A program made the position numbers and the translations under genes. Of a stretch of DNA of 64,000 nt, positions 36,811 through 48,935 are shown one piece after another (the stretch's first letter is position 1; each line of letters begins with the position of its first letter). The notes under the pieces were generated by a model. That model did no database searches. It saw only the letters and a list, made by a program, of their open reading frames with translations, and was not told the DNA's origin. The DNA is from Squalus acanthias (lineage: Eukaryota), in assembly GCA_030390025.1 (NCBI GenBank), contig CM059432.1, positions 28,956,001 to 29,020,000 on the forward strand, given 5' to 3'.

Positions 36811-37609
36811 AAATGCTATTTTCTCTGGTTTGGGAGTCTGTGAGGATGGGTTGCCAATTTAAAATTCTCACTAACAGAGTGAGAAGAGAAGGATGGTGAA
36901 ATATCTTTGTGCAGAGCACGGATTCCCTTGCCACACAAAGGTTGAAGTAGAGGCAATTGCATCTTTTAAAAGAAAACTGGATAAATATTTGAAGCAGAGG
37001 AAGATACAGGGCTTTTGTGAGAGAGTGCGGAAGTGGGATTACTTTTGGATTGCTCTATCAAAGAGCTGGCACAGACATGATGGGCCGAATGTCCTTCTTC
37101 TCTGCGGTAAACTTCTATGGCTCATAGCTATCCCTGTTGGCCTCTATGAAAGAGTCTGGCAATTTAGTACTAGACTGTTTTGTGTTAGGAATGCTTGAAC
37201 AGTGCCCCAGAATCATTTTACTCAGGACCCTTACAATGGATAGAGAATAGAGACTTCCATCCCATTAGCCTAGATTCAACTTCAATCCAGATCTCAAAGT
37301 ATAGGATGCCAACCCGCTATGCCACCCAGTCCACTGAACCAAGCAGAGTTTAAAGTGAGAATGACAGTTAAGTTGTCGAAGCAATTTGCACAGTAAACAA
37401 TTTAAAACTATAAAACCAATCCTCAGGGGGTTTTATAACACTGCAGTAATGAGTCACTTCGCTGATATGTGGATGTCACTATCATCTACAAAATAATTAC
37501 ATACAATAATCTTTATGTTTATCAGATGATCCTCCCTCTAGGATCACTGAATAAACCCTAAATTATCTGTTCCAAGGTTTCCGTAGATCATGATTAATTT
37601 TTTTTAACA

Positions 37610-37790
37610 TTGCCAATTTTCTCGCCCACCCCAGTCACCTGAAGATATTGATTCCTTGCTGGCGCATGGTTGACCATCCTGTACCTTGCCGAAGTGGTCA
37701 TTATTCATATATGAGCCTCGACAGTGAATGTCAGCAGGCAATTTGATCATGGTGCCAGTGCAACCAAGCCTGATCCAGTGCCAGCAGAGA
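37610..37790 (+). mobile_element. Old unclassified interspersed repeat (core gtaccttgcccaagtggccattcttcatgt..gagcct..acagtg)
   Basis: Recognisable related copies at ~905-1010, 26560-26700, 40730-40850 and 61400-61600. Confidence 0.5.
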
Positions 37791-38009
37791 TCATAAGCGT
37801 GCTGGTACTGTCGGTAAAATTAAAGAGAAACTTAGCAGAGTTATATTGAAGACTTTCTCAGAATCAAATGAGTCTTTCCACCATCAAATCAACTAAAAAT
37901 GAATAACTTCTGTTACTGTCTCCATATTTGATTTACTGGGAACAAAATCCATTACAATCACCATTGCTTTCATAACAAATATATGTATTAATCTGAGAAG
38001 TTATGTGTT

Positions 38010-38340
38010 ACTCTTGAGCATATCATTTAGGCTGATACTCAAGTGCAGAACTGAGGGTGTGCTATATTGCTGAAGATAAGATGTTAAAAACCAAGGTCTT
38101 GTCTGCATGTTCTGGTAGTTCAGGGGAATGTTAAAAATTCTTATGAAACTATTTGAAGAGTATGGAGTTCTCCCTCTCTCCTGGCCCTCATTCATCCCTC
38201 AACCAACACAACCGCAAAATACAGATTAATTGGTCATTCATCTCATTGCTGGTCACAGGATCTTGCTATGCTCAACATAGCCGTGGCATTTGGCTACATC
38301 ATGAGTAATTCATTGTATGTGAAGCATTTTTAAATATAAA
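38010..38340 (+). mobile_element. Old Deu-domain SINE copy
   Basis: Similar to 11480-12270 (gtgcagaactgaggg, ttcatccctcaaccaacac, tctcattgctg). Confidence 0.65.
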
Positions 38341-38454
38341 ATAAATTGCAAAGCACTTTATTAAAAAAAAACTCATGCTTATTATTTATTTTATAGCCTG
38401 CAGCCCTAAATTCCAAGGTACAGTAAAATATTTATTGACTTCAGTTGTGTGGTA

Positions 38455-40050
38455 TCATAGAATCATAGGAGGAAAAAATTCGGTATTGACCATTTTGGGG
38501 CACTAACATTGCCTGGGCGCTAACTTTAGCGGCCGGCGCTAATTAGCACCGGCGACCGCGAAATTGAGTTTTAGCGCTCCAAGAGGGAAGTGGAGCGCTA
38601 AATCAAACGCACCACTTCCTTCTTAGGGCGCTAACACTCGGAGAGCGGGGCGAAGACTTCAGCAGCGCTGCACACTGGGCCGTGCAACGTTGCTGCGTTC
38701 AAAGGCTCCTTCCCTCCCTTAAAGGGAAGGGCCATCGCGAAAAAAACTAGAACTGGAAAGGTAAGGTTTTTTTACTTACCTCGGCCACCTCGCCTTTAAT
38801 CATCGCCCCCGAAGCAGCCGGCAGCCCGATACACGCCTCCTGCAGCTGTCGGTGTTTTCGACCGGCGCTGCTGCAGGGGGCGGAAGTCAATTTCGGGACT
38901 GGGGCGCTACCGGGGCGATGCGCACGGCGATGACGTCACGATCTCTGGGCGAAGGAGATCGGGGCACAACGCCGTAGCGCCGCCACAAAACTCCCGGCGA
39001 ATATGGCGGGAGTCGATGTCAGTGCCGCGCCCGGGGGCGCTAACGGGAGGCACAAAGGCACCGAATTTCACCCCCATAGAATCATAGAATGGTTACAGCA
39101 CGAAAGAAAGCTATTCGGCCCATCGAGCCCATGCCGACTCTCTGCCGGAGCACTTCAGCTAGTCCCACTCCCCCGCCCATTCCCCATAGCCTTGCAAGTT
39201 TTTTTCCTTCAGGAACTTATCCAACTCCCTTTTGAAAGCTGTGATTGAATCTGCCTCCACCACCCTTTCAGGTATTGCCTTCCAGATCCTAACCACTCGC
39301 TGAGCAAAAAAGTTTTTCCTCATGGCACCTTTGGTTCTTCTGCCAATCACCTTAAATCAGTGTCCCCTGGTTCTTGATGCTTCTTCCAATGGGAACAGTT
39401 TCTCTCTATCTACTCTGTCCAGACCCCTCATGATTTTGAACACCTCTATCAAATCTCCTCTCAATCTTCTCTGCTCTAAGGAGAACAACCCCAGCTTCTC
39501 CAGTCTATCCCCGTAACTGAAGTCCCTCATCCCTGGAATCATTCTCACAGATCTTTTCTGCACCCTCTCTAAGGCCTTCACATCCTTCCTAAAGTGTAGT
39601 GCCCAGAATTTGACACAATACTCCTGTTGGGGCTGAACCAGTTTTTTTTGTACAGGTTCATCATAATTTCCACGCTTTTATAACCTATACCTCTATTCAT
39701 GAAATCCCAGGATCCTGTTAGCTTTTTTAACCAGCCCTGCCACCTTCAATGATTTGTGCACATATACCCCCAGGTCTCCCTGTTCATGCACCCCCTTTAG
39801 AATTGTACCCTTTAGTTTATATTTCCTCTCTTCATTCTTTCTACCAAAATGTATCACTTCACACTTATTCTGCATTAAATTTCATCTGCCACGTGTCCTC
39901 CCTTTCCACCAGCCTGTCCATATCCTCTTGAAGTCTATCGCTATCCTCCTCACTGTTCACTATACTTCCAAGTTTTGTGTCATCTGCAAATTTTGAAATT
40001 GTGCCCTGTACACCCACATTCATATCATTAATATATATCAAGAAAAGCAG
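38455..40050 (-). mobile_element. CR1 LINE 3' part with a MITE inserted in its tail
   Basis: SKFADDTKLG, ERVQKR, KNFFAQRVV; (tcatagaa)n tail on both sides of the MITE. Confidence 0.88.
38468..39075. mobile_element. Harbinger-type MITE
   Basis: TIR-like GGAGGAAAAAATT/AATTTCACCCCC; TSD ATA; inverted relative of 13490-14244. Confidence 0.85.
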
Positions 40051-42195
40051 AATGATCTTGAGTGTGCAATAATGTCTTAAACTCAACTACAGTCATACAG
40101 TCAATACTTCTACAGTACATGACTAAACCATAGTAACCATAGTAACTCAACAAGAACAATAAAAGAAAAAGGATATCAATCCAACAATTCATTCTTTCTG
40201 TGGTGAATTTTTAGTTGTCACCAAGGTGAGGGAGTTTAGCATTTGGGACCAGAACACTAGCCCATTTTGGACAGCTGATGCCAATATCAAGCACACTCAG
40301 GTCAGGTATAGCATAACCAGATGCTGGGTAAAATTTCCACACTGACCCAACAACGTGCCAACATTAGAAGAGCTCTCCCTATGACAGGAGTATGATGTTT
40401 TCATTTTCATTGCCCAGGATCCTCCTCTTCAGTGTTGTCAGCTCCTGTGACATCATGACCTGAGAGTGAGACCCAGTCCCCTCTTTCTTCATTTATGATG
40501 TAATTGAGAGAAATGCCATGATGTCATTAAAGGACAGGATTCTACAAAGCAGGGGAAATTCAGCGATTCTGCACTCCCGTGGGGAACCTTACTTAACAGA
40601 ATTGTTGGTTGGAGATAGGGCTACAACACCATAGTGCCAATTCTCTGACTCGCACGCCTTTTGAACAGGGCTCCTTACTGGCAATGCAGGATCGCTGAAT
40701 AAACCCTAAAATGTCTGATCCCAAGTTGCTCTTATTCGTTGATTCCTTGCTGGGATATGCTTTACCTACCCGTAACTTACCCAAGTGGCCATTATTCGTA
40801 CATGAGCCTTGGCAGTCAATCGGGGCAGCTATTTGACCACGGAGAGACGAACATATGGAAATTGTGACTACATATAGAAGGTAGGTGGGGTATTGGGGAT
40901 GTGTCTGTTGTCACTGTAGTTCCCTGGAACTTGTCTGAACATCTTCAAAGGTCAGCGAGGAATTTCCCAGAGTTCATCTTTCCTAAACTGGCCTAGCATT
41001 TTTGCTCTGTTTTTTAGTCTCTTTCAGGAGATTGAACGGCTGGTTGGTCGGAGAGGGAGAAAATGGGGGTCTATTATAGCCAAGTCTTCCCCAAAGTCCA
41101 ATACCAACAGGGATTACTGGCTAGCGATCAGGAATAGGATCCCTGAGAGATTTCACCTCCCTAGCCTAGTGGCACGCTAATTGAAGTGTCCCTTCAGCAC
41201 CTCTTCCCTCTCCATGCTGAAATCAGCTGATTCAGCATGCACTAGGGGACGAACTTGGGAGCTCCATATGTCCATTCCATGCTCAGTTGTTTTGTTGCAC
41301 TGCCGTAGAGCTGTGGAATCAGCCTGAGAACGCGAACATGGCAGATTCCAATATGGTATACAACTGCTTGTATTTGAACTAACTCTAGAATGTAAAAGGG
41401 GCATAACTCCTTACTCCTCCCCTCCCACCCTCACACACATACACATGCACAAACACTTTCATTACAAGTTAATTAATTTTTATCAATAGCCACTTTCATT
41501 TCTTGCTGCAAACAAATCCTGTTTTACTGCCTGCTTTCAAATTTGACTCTCGTCAGCATGTTTCTCCCCGAGCTTTTATTAAGCTGATTAATAAAAATGT
41601 TAGTCTGTGAGGTAATTACCAGGTAATTGGCGATGACAAGGCGTGCACCTCAGCGGAATAATTTGCCCTCTTGCATGGTGCACTCTGGATTTGCATTAAT
41701 TAAAAATCTCTGGACGTCGACTGGGTTCTGCTGATAGAGTCCCGTGTAAATCACGGGGTTGGCAGTTTGCAAGTGTGGTTCACATAAGCAAACAAACAAA
41801 GACAAAACAACTGATTTCTCAGCTCATTAAGTGCACGTTGAAGCACAGTTGCTGCGATGGTGGCTGAAGCCACAGATAAGTCTGATATAAAAGGGCTGAG
41901 GTGCATATGTGGAACACAAAGGGGTTTGCAAGACACTAAGGGCTGGATTTTGCCAGTGGAGGTGGGTTCGCGTCGGGTTCGCTGTTCGGCGGATTCCGGT
42001 CCCGCTGCCGGTTTCAGCCGCACTGAGATAACGATTTTGAGTTAACTGGGCTTATTAAGCCCGTCGTGCGCGCTACCCGGCCCAGTCAGTGGGTTCGGGT
42101 CTGCTGCTCGCCTCTGCTGACGTCTTCGATTCAGCTGCATGCAGTCTTTGGGTTTTATTCACTTTCTGATGCTCCTCAGTGGTATTGTTGGCAAG

Positions 42196-45100
42196 ATGAC
42201 TGCTGCAAGAACCAAGGCTTCTCCCCGCTTTGATGATGACTCCCTCCATGCTCTTGTAGAGGGAGTAAGAGGGTGCAAGGAGATTCTGTTCCCCTCCAAT
42301 GGACGGAGGGAGCCTCCTCAGCAAACCAAGGCAGCCTGGCTGCAAATTGCTGAGGAGGTTAGTGCCAGGTCTTTGTGTTCACGCACCTGGGTTCAGTGCA
42401 GGAAAAGGTTCAATGATCTGCTACACTCAGCAAAAGTGAGTATAACATCACACTTACCTTCAATCTGCTTCCCATCTCCTCTCATCACCAGCACTCTGCA
42501 TTGTCAACCTACTCCCCTTTCAAGGGGAGACTGGATAGGCACTTGAGGGAAATAAACTTGCAGGGCTACAGGGATAGAGCGGGGTAATGGGATTTACTGG
42601 ATTGCTCTACAGAGAGCTGGCACAGACTCGATGGGCTGAATGGTCGTTATGACTCTATGGGGGAAAAATTCAGTTGGTTGCGCCTCCCGTTAGCGCCTTA
42701 TGAGGGCGCTAATGGGGCGCAAAGCATCTAGCGCCCAGGCGCGGCGATGTTTGTGCCGCTCGCGAAATTAACTAGGCATTTTGCGGCGGCGCTAAACACT
42801 ACCGCCACGATCTCCTGCGCCGGCAGATCGTGACGTCAGTCAAGTGCGCAACGCCCCGGTAGCGCCCTGGAGCGGATATTGAGTGGCGCCCCCTGCCTTA
42901 CCGCCTGACGCTAGCAACTACAGGTTGAGGGGAGCGTTTTGCAGTCATGAAGGGACTGGGGGAGCGCTATTTAAAGGCGACTGCTTCCTGCCTTTTATTG
43001 TTGGTGCCATTTTTGAACCATGCACTCTGAGAGAGAGAGAGAGAGACTTCTGGAGAGATTCAACGCTGTGTGAAGGAGTTTTGGGTACTGAGCAGCACTT
43101 TGCAGGTTCATTTTGATTTGCCATTCCTTGCATCGATTTAGAAGAGACTGTGGGGGCTGCACTCTGAGCTCTTTGCCTGGTACTCTCCATTGTTCTTTCC
43201 AGCAGATTTGATGTGTAGGTCTCTCCAGGCCGAGATTCAAGGCTGCAATGAGCAAGATGGAAAGCAAGATCAACCATCCCCTTTAAGGACTGGCCCGTGC
43301 CATTGTGTGTGTGTTCCATTGCTGACTGACATCACATGAGCTTCGCCAGCGCTCTGAGGTAGCGCCTCGCTCCTCGGCCTTTACGCCTTAAGACAGGAGT
43401 GAAGCGCCTGATTTAGCGCTCCAATCACCTCCAGGGGCGATAAAAGTCAAGTTTGCAGTTGGTGGCGATAATTAGCGCCAGGCGCTAATCTTTGCGCCCA
43501 GCCGATAATTGCGCCCCAAATGGGACGATACTGAATTTCTCCCCCTATGACTCTATGCATAGAAGCATAAAAGATAGGAGCAGGAGTAGGCCATTCGGCC
43601 CCTCGAGCCTGCTCCACCATTTAATGAGATCATGACTCTACTCCTGCACATCCTAACTTACCCTTACATCCCTTGCACCCTTAACCATACCTCTCTCTCT
43701 ATGTACAGAATCACTTCACCATCCTACTGTGCACTCTTCACACTCGCTCTCACTGTTATACAATGACAACAACTAACAATGCACAGGGAGTGCCCTTGGT
43801 ATTGGCACCTCACTCCATCTTTGTCTCCCTCTGAGCATCTATGCTATGGACTCTCTACACTCACTCCAACATTGTGTACCTCATTGCAGGAAAAGAGAGC
43901 CCACAATAAGAGGAAGAGGGAGAGGATAGGAGGTGGGCCACCTTCCATGGCACATTTAACTAACACTGAGGAGGCTGCTATCGAGATCGCCAGAGGTGCA
44001 GAGGAGCTGGAAGTGGGTGACGGAGAGACGGGCGCAGTAGAGCAAGCTGGTGACAGAATAGATTTTCAACCCTCTCATTTAGATTTCATGAGTGACTGAT
44101 ATGGCATCTGATGTTCATACAGATTGAGTTCTGATCATCTGCACAATGGGATGTGTCTGCTATGTAAATATCACATGTCTAACTCATGCCTTTACTCCCG
44201 CACAGGACCATCGAGAGCCCCCCTCCCCACTGTCCAGGAGGAAGAGCTGGACGACTCCTCAGAGGAAGCTGGAGCCTCTGAGGGAGCAACGTCAGCAAAA
44301 ATGAGCACACCCAGCACCAGCGCAGAGACACACACCTCGGTGAGTCATTCGCGACATAGAGTAGTGTTGTCACCTGGTGTATCACAGCTTACAAGTGAGC
44401 AATAGCAGATGGTGGAGACAGGGACAGCAGAGGAGAGTCCTCGTCGGAGGGCGCGGAACGCTCCTAGCTCTGCTCAGCTGCATGTAGACTCTGTGCCTCT
44501 GGGGCCATCCAGAAAGAGAGTGGTGCTGGAGCTTCAGGAACAAGTGCAGGAGTCTCTAACAGGGTTTGCAACCATGGTAACTGCAAGTGTGCAGAGAATG
44601 GAGAAGTCCATGTCAAACATGAGCAATACCGTGGTGCACGCAATGGCAAATGTAGATGCCGCCATGGAAAGGATGGCAACCTCCATGGAGGACATAAATC
44701 GCCAGACACAGCAGAACATGGTAACACTTCTAAATAGATGGTCATCTATGGAGGATAGATGGGCATCTATTGAGGAGAGAAACCACAGGTGCATGGACGT
44801 CCTTGTTATGAGGAATGTCAGCACAGAAATGGGTCCTCATGGCCCCACTGATGTGCAGCAAGGTGCTCTCCAGCTACTTGCTAGCAGTGAATTGCGGGTG
44901 ACCCATGAGAGGGATGTTGGTGGTCGACAACAAGGAAGTGCAGGCTCCTCTCCAAGAGCTCACACTCCCATGCCATTGCGGAGCCCTCGGTCAGAGCCCT
45001 AGATTCCTCACCCAACTGAGATGGCTGTCTCAGCCCCTGCACAGCTGCAGGAGGAGCAGACTGTTGTGGAGCCCTCCCAGGCTCCCAAACCCAGAGGACG

Positions 45101-45221
45101 CCCGCCAAAGGCATCTAAGCAGGCGCAGCAGAGAAGTGAGCAAGCGGCCTCTATATCTGCTGAAGCCACAGGGGAAGCACCACGTAGAAGCACGCATAAG
45201 AGAACGTTAACACACAAATAG
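42196..45221 (+). pseudogene. Harbinger Myb/SANT partner gene, 3 exons (42196-42435, 43890-44049, 44206-45221), two premature TAGs
   Basis: PRFDDDSLHALVEGV...RTWVQCRKRFNDL; GT/AG sites at the same positions as in #3; stops at 44403 and 45000. Confidence 0.88.
42659..43545. mobile_element. Harbinger-type MITE inside a CR1 tail (42525-43556) inside intron 1
   Basis: TIR GGGGGAAAAATT/AATTTCTCCCCC; TSD TAT. Confidence 0.9.
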
Positions 45222-45507
45222 TCACAAGGGTAATTACTTGGGTATTTAGATGTAATACAAAATTATGTTTCTTATCATTATTTCAATTGTATTAAAGAAA
45301 TGTGATGTCAAAGATTCAAAGAGTTGGCCTATGTGTGCTCAGAAATGAAAGTTGCACAGTGAGGGATCAGGGCGCTTTTCATCTGTAGTGATGGTGGGGA
45401 GAGTGATAGGAATGCACATTTTATTGTACAGATGCTGGATGGTGTGTAATGAAGGTCGTGCAAACACTCATGTCCATGTGCCAGCCACATGTGTTTGCTA
45501 TGTAAAG

Positions 45508-46035
45508 TTACGCGAATCTGGCATGAATTAGTGTATCCCTTGCCTCATGGCCAGCAATGTGCTTGCGTGCTGGTGGCACTGGCACAGCCGCCTCCGCAAG
45601 GTCTTCCTCATCTGCCGCCTCCTCCTCCTCTTCCTCTTCTGAGGAGGCTGTGCGCTGAGCCACTTGTTCCTCAGGCAGCGGTAAGCCATGCTGCTGTGTG
45701 ATGTTGTGCAGGGCACAGCAGACCACGATGATTCTGGACACCCTGGCTGGTGCGTACTGTAGGGCTCCACCACATCTGAATCGCATTTCGAGCAAGCCGA
45801 TGGTTTGCTCTATAATGCTTCTGGTGGAAATGTGGCTCTCATTGTACCGCTCCTCAGCCTCGTTTGATGGCCTCCTCACCGGTGTCATTAGCCAAGTCTT
45901 AAGGGGATAGCTCTTGTCTCCAAGGAGCCATCTGAAAAGTTGGGTTGGCGGATTGAACAGCAGAGGCACAGTGGACTGCCGCAGGATGAACGAGTCACGG
46001 CAACTGCCAGGGTACTTGGCGCAAACATGCATAAT
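45508..46035 (-). pseudogene. Harbinger transposase, C-terminal half only
   Basis: [39 protein letters not shown]; the N-terminal half was lost next to the MITE insertion. Confidence 0.9.
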
Positions 46036-46753
46036 GGCCCGAAAATTAGACCTAATACGTGAGAGTACGCACTGTGTACTCTCGCATTTTAGGTCTCCAA
46101 TTGCCGGTTTCCAGCATGCACTGCGCATGCGCGGGAAACCGGCACTTCGTGAATTCAAAAGGGGGCGGTTCCTAGGTGAACCGCGTGTGCGTTACAGGCT
46201 GCGCGCACGCAGTGCACTTAGTGCTTTGAACGCGCAGGTAAGCATGGAAGATTTTACACATAAAGAAAGGAGGCATAAGACCCTCTTTTAACAAGGTAAG
46301 TAGTTAATTAAGTATTATTTTAAATTTTTTTCAACAGGTTTATCTTTTTTAGAGACTTTAAAAAAAGGTAAGTTTATTTTTATAACTTTTAAAAAGATTT
46401 TAAATTTTTTCAAAAATTTAATTTTTTGTTTAAAGTGGTTAATTTATTTAACTATATTTATTTTATTAACGTGATGGCTTTTTAAAAAAAATTTAATTGA
46501 GGTTTAGCTGTTCTTTTGGGGGGGTGTCGGATTCATAGCTTTGACAGCCCTTGCTGTTAAAACTATGAATGAAAGATGGTGTGCTGCCATTGGCTCTAAC
46601 TGAATCACGTGATCCCAGAGCTCGCACGAACTAATTGCGTCTCTGGGTCACGCAAGCACTGCACAGCTGCAGCCTTGAAACTAAAGTTCGTGTGGGCCCG
46701 GAGGAAAAAGGTAGGCGCGGAGTGAGATATCGCGGGGAAGCCTTACCCCCGCG
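46036..46753. mobile_element. MITE, same family as 21652-22395, right TIR deleted
   Basis: Left TIR GGCCCGAAAATT; colinear similarity through the AT-rich core. Confidence 0.88.
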
Positions 46754-47904
46754 TGAACACTCAACCTCAATACACCTGGAAAAATGTGTTCCTAAACCTC
46801 AAAGCACAAAGTCCTGGCATCTGAAAGTGAACTCATGTTGCAGGTCAGCTTTTATGCTGCAGGAGCAGCTGTCAACTATTCAGCGAGTTGCTGAACCCGG
46901 TACAATCAGCTGGCGTGTTTGTCGTATGAAGTGCAACGTGCTGAAAATGTTGCAAAATGGGAAGAGCCTCTCAAAATAGGATTATCCAGGCAGTTAACAA
47001 GCTGTTAACTGCCTTAAGTGGCTCTCCCGCCGCTTGGTGATGGGTCTGATCGGGACTCGCAAACCCAACACTTTGCAAAGTTGCGTGGAGGTGGGATGGC
47101 GGCGGGATCGTAACCCGCTGTCAATGATTTTGATTTTAACTCCCGACCCGCCTCCAAACCCGCCCTCTGAGAGCTGGCAAAATTGCGGCCTAACATCCTG
47201 TTTGTGTAATAGTCTGGCTTCTGTAATATAATCAAGGCACAATGCATCTTCCTGGAGGCAGAGAACATAATCTTGTGAGGTTGTTTTGTTCCCAGCCTCT
47301 AGAGACAAGGCTCTGCCACATGGGATAACTTACTTTAAGACACCTCGCGGGTTAGGATGGGGTGGGGCAATTTTAACTCCCGGGCGGGAAAACGGCTTAG
47401 TGGGCGGAAGGCCTAGCTGATTTTAACGGCCGGGCCTCATTAACATGCCGCTGGCCGACTTGTGGGATCTGCAGGAGCACTCCTGGCCACAGAAAGGAAT
47501 CTTTGAAACTTACCTGGAAAGGCCTCTTCGGGCAGCCACTGCAGACGTCTCGCTTACTTCTGTGTAGTGATTACATCGGGGTCTTACTGATGTAATACTT
47601 ATTCCGATGCTTTCTTTAGCTCTACTCAGTTGCCTTTTGTAGGATTATTTAGAATTACATGGAAGCCTTTTTGGTCAACCAGTCCATGTTGGTGTTTATC
47701 CTCTACACGAGTAGTCCTAATTCCATGTTACCACCATGTTCCCATATCCCTTTATCCCACCTTTCCTTCAACCACCTTTCCAACCTATTCTTAAATGCTA
47801 ATATGGTCTCTGCTTCAATCACTTACTTCAGTTGTGCATTCCACAGCCTCACAACCCTCCTGTACTCTCTCCTAAGTTTCATACATCTAACCTTATATCT
47901 ATGA

Positions 47905-48386
47905 AATAAAAACAGAAAATGCTGGAGATACTCAGCAGGTCAGGCAGCATCTGTGAACAGAGAAACAGAGTTAACGTTTCAGGTCGATGACCTTTCATCA
48001 GAACTGGAAAAAAGCAGGAAATGGAACAGATTTTTAAGCAAGTGCAGGAGCTGGGGAAGGGGGGAGGGGATGAAAGAACAAAAGGGAAGGTCTGTGATAG
48101 GATAGAAGGCAGGAGAGGTTAAGAGACATTAAGAGATATTCAAGGCAAAAGGAGATGGTAATGGGACAGGTTAAGAAACAAAGGATGGCTCTAGATGAAG
48201 TGTAAATTGCGCTGGCAGAATGAAAGACAGCTGTCATGTGGGAGAGAAGAACAGAAGGCCAAACAAAAAGTGTGGAAAAAAATATATATATGATAGGGGT
48301 TATGATCTGAAAATGTTGAACTCTATGTTGAGTCCAGAAGGCTGTAAAGTGCCTAATCGAAAGATAAGGTGCTGTTCCTCGAGCTT
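47905..48386 (-). mobile_element. Penelope-like retroelement 3' end (ORF C-terminus + pseudo-LTR with hammerhead), inserted in an old CR1
   Basis: 48386-48300 reads KLEEQHLIFRLGTLQPSGLNIEFNIFRS*, resembling a PLE GIY-YIG C-terminus; 13-bp TSD CTTATATCTATGA (47892-47904, 48384-48396). Confidence 0.88.
47969..48005 (-). ncRNA. Minimal type-I hammerhead ribozyme motif
   Basis: AGUU-CUGAUGA-A-AGGUC(AUC)GACCU-GAAACGUU-AACU. Confidence 0.82.
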
Positions 48387-48935
48387 ATATCTATGATCCC
48401 TTGTTCTGGACCACACAATCACTGGCAACAGTCTGGATCCCAATCCTCCCTATTGTTATTTCCTTGCATCTTTTAAAGTAATTTTGCTTGTGTTTTTATG
48501 TTCTTTCTAATCTCATTATTAAACCACTATGGTCTAGTCCGTGCAATCCTTCTTGTTTTTTTAAACATAAATGACCCTGAAATACTGCAGGGGTTCTCCC
48601 AGTTTTCCACTATAACTCTGGCAGGAGTCCAATGGAACCCCCTGAGGTACACTAGGGGCTGGATTTTGCCATTGGGGCGGGCTGGGGGCGTGTCAGGTGG
48701 TTTTCGTGTCAGGAACCTGACTCCGATGTGAAGTGGGAAAAAAGTGCGATTTTCCCCTAATTGGGCACTTGATTTCCAGCGTGTGGGAACCCCTGGCCCA
48801 ATGAGTCTTTCCATCCTGAAAGTCGCCTCCGATGACATCATCAGTGCTGCTGGATTTAAGGCCTGCAAGCAGCCTTGCTTCTTCTGGAGACTGCAAACTT
48901 TATGCCCATTGTTGTGATCGCTTCATTCAGCAAAT

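Larger units (their letters stand above)
41940..47190 (+). mobile_element. PIF/Harbinger transposon #2 with nested CR1 tails and MITEs
   Basis: TIRs GGGCTGGATTTTGCCAG and CTGGCAAAATTGCGGCC; TSD TAA (41937-41939, 47191-47193); convergent Myb gene and transposase. Confidence 0.9.
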
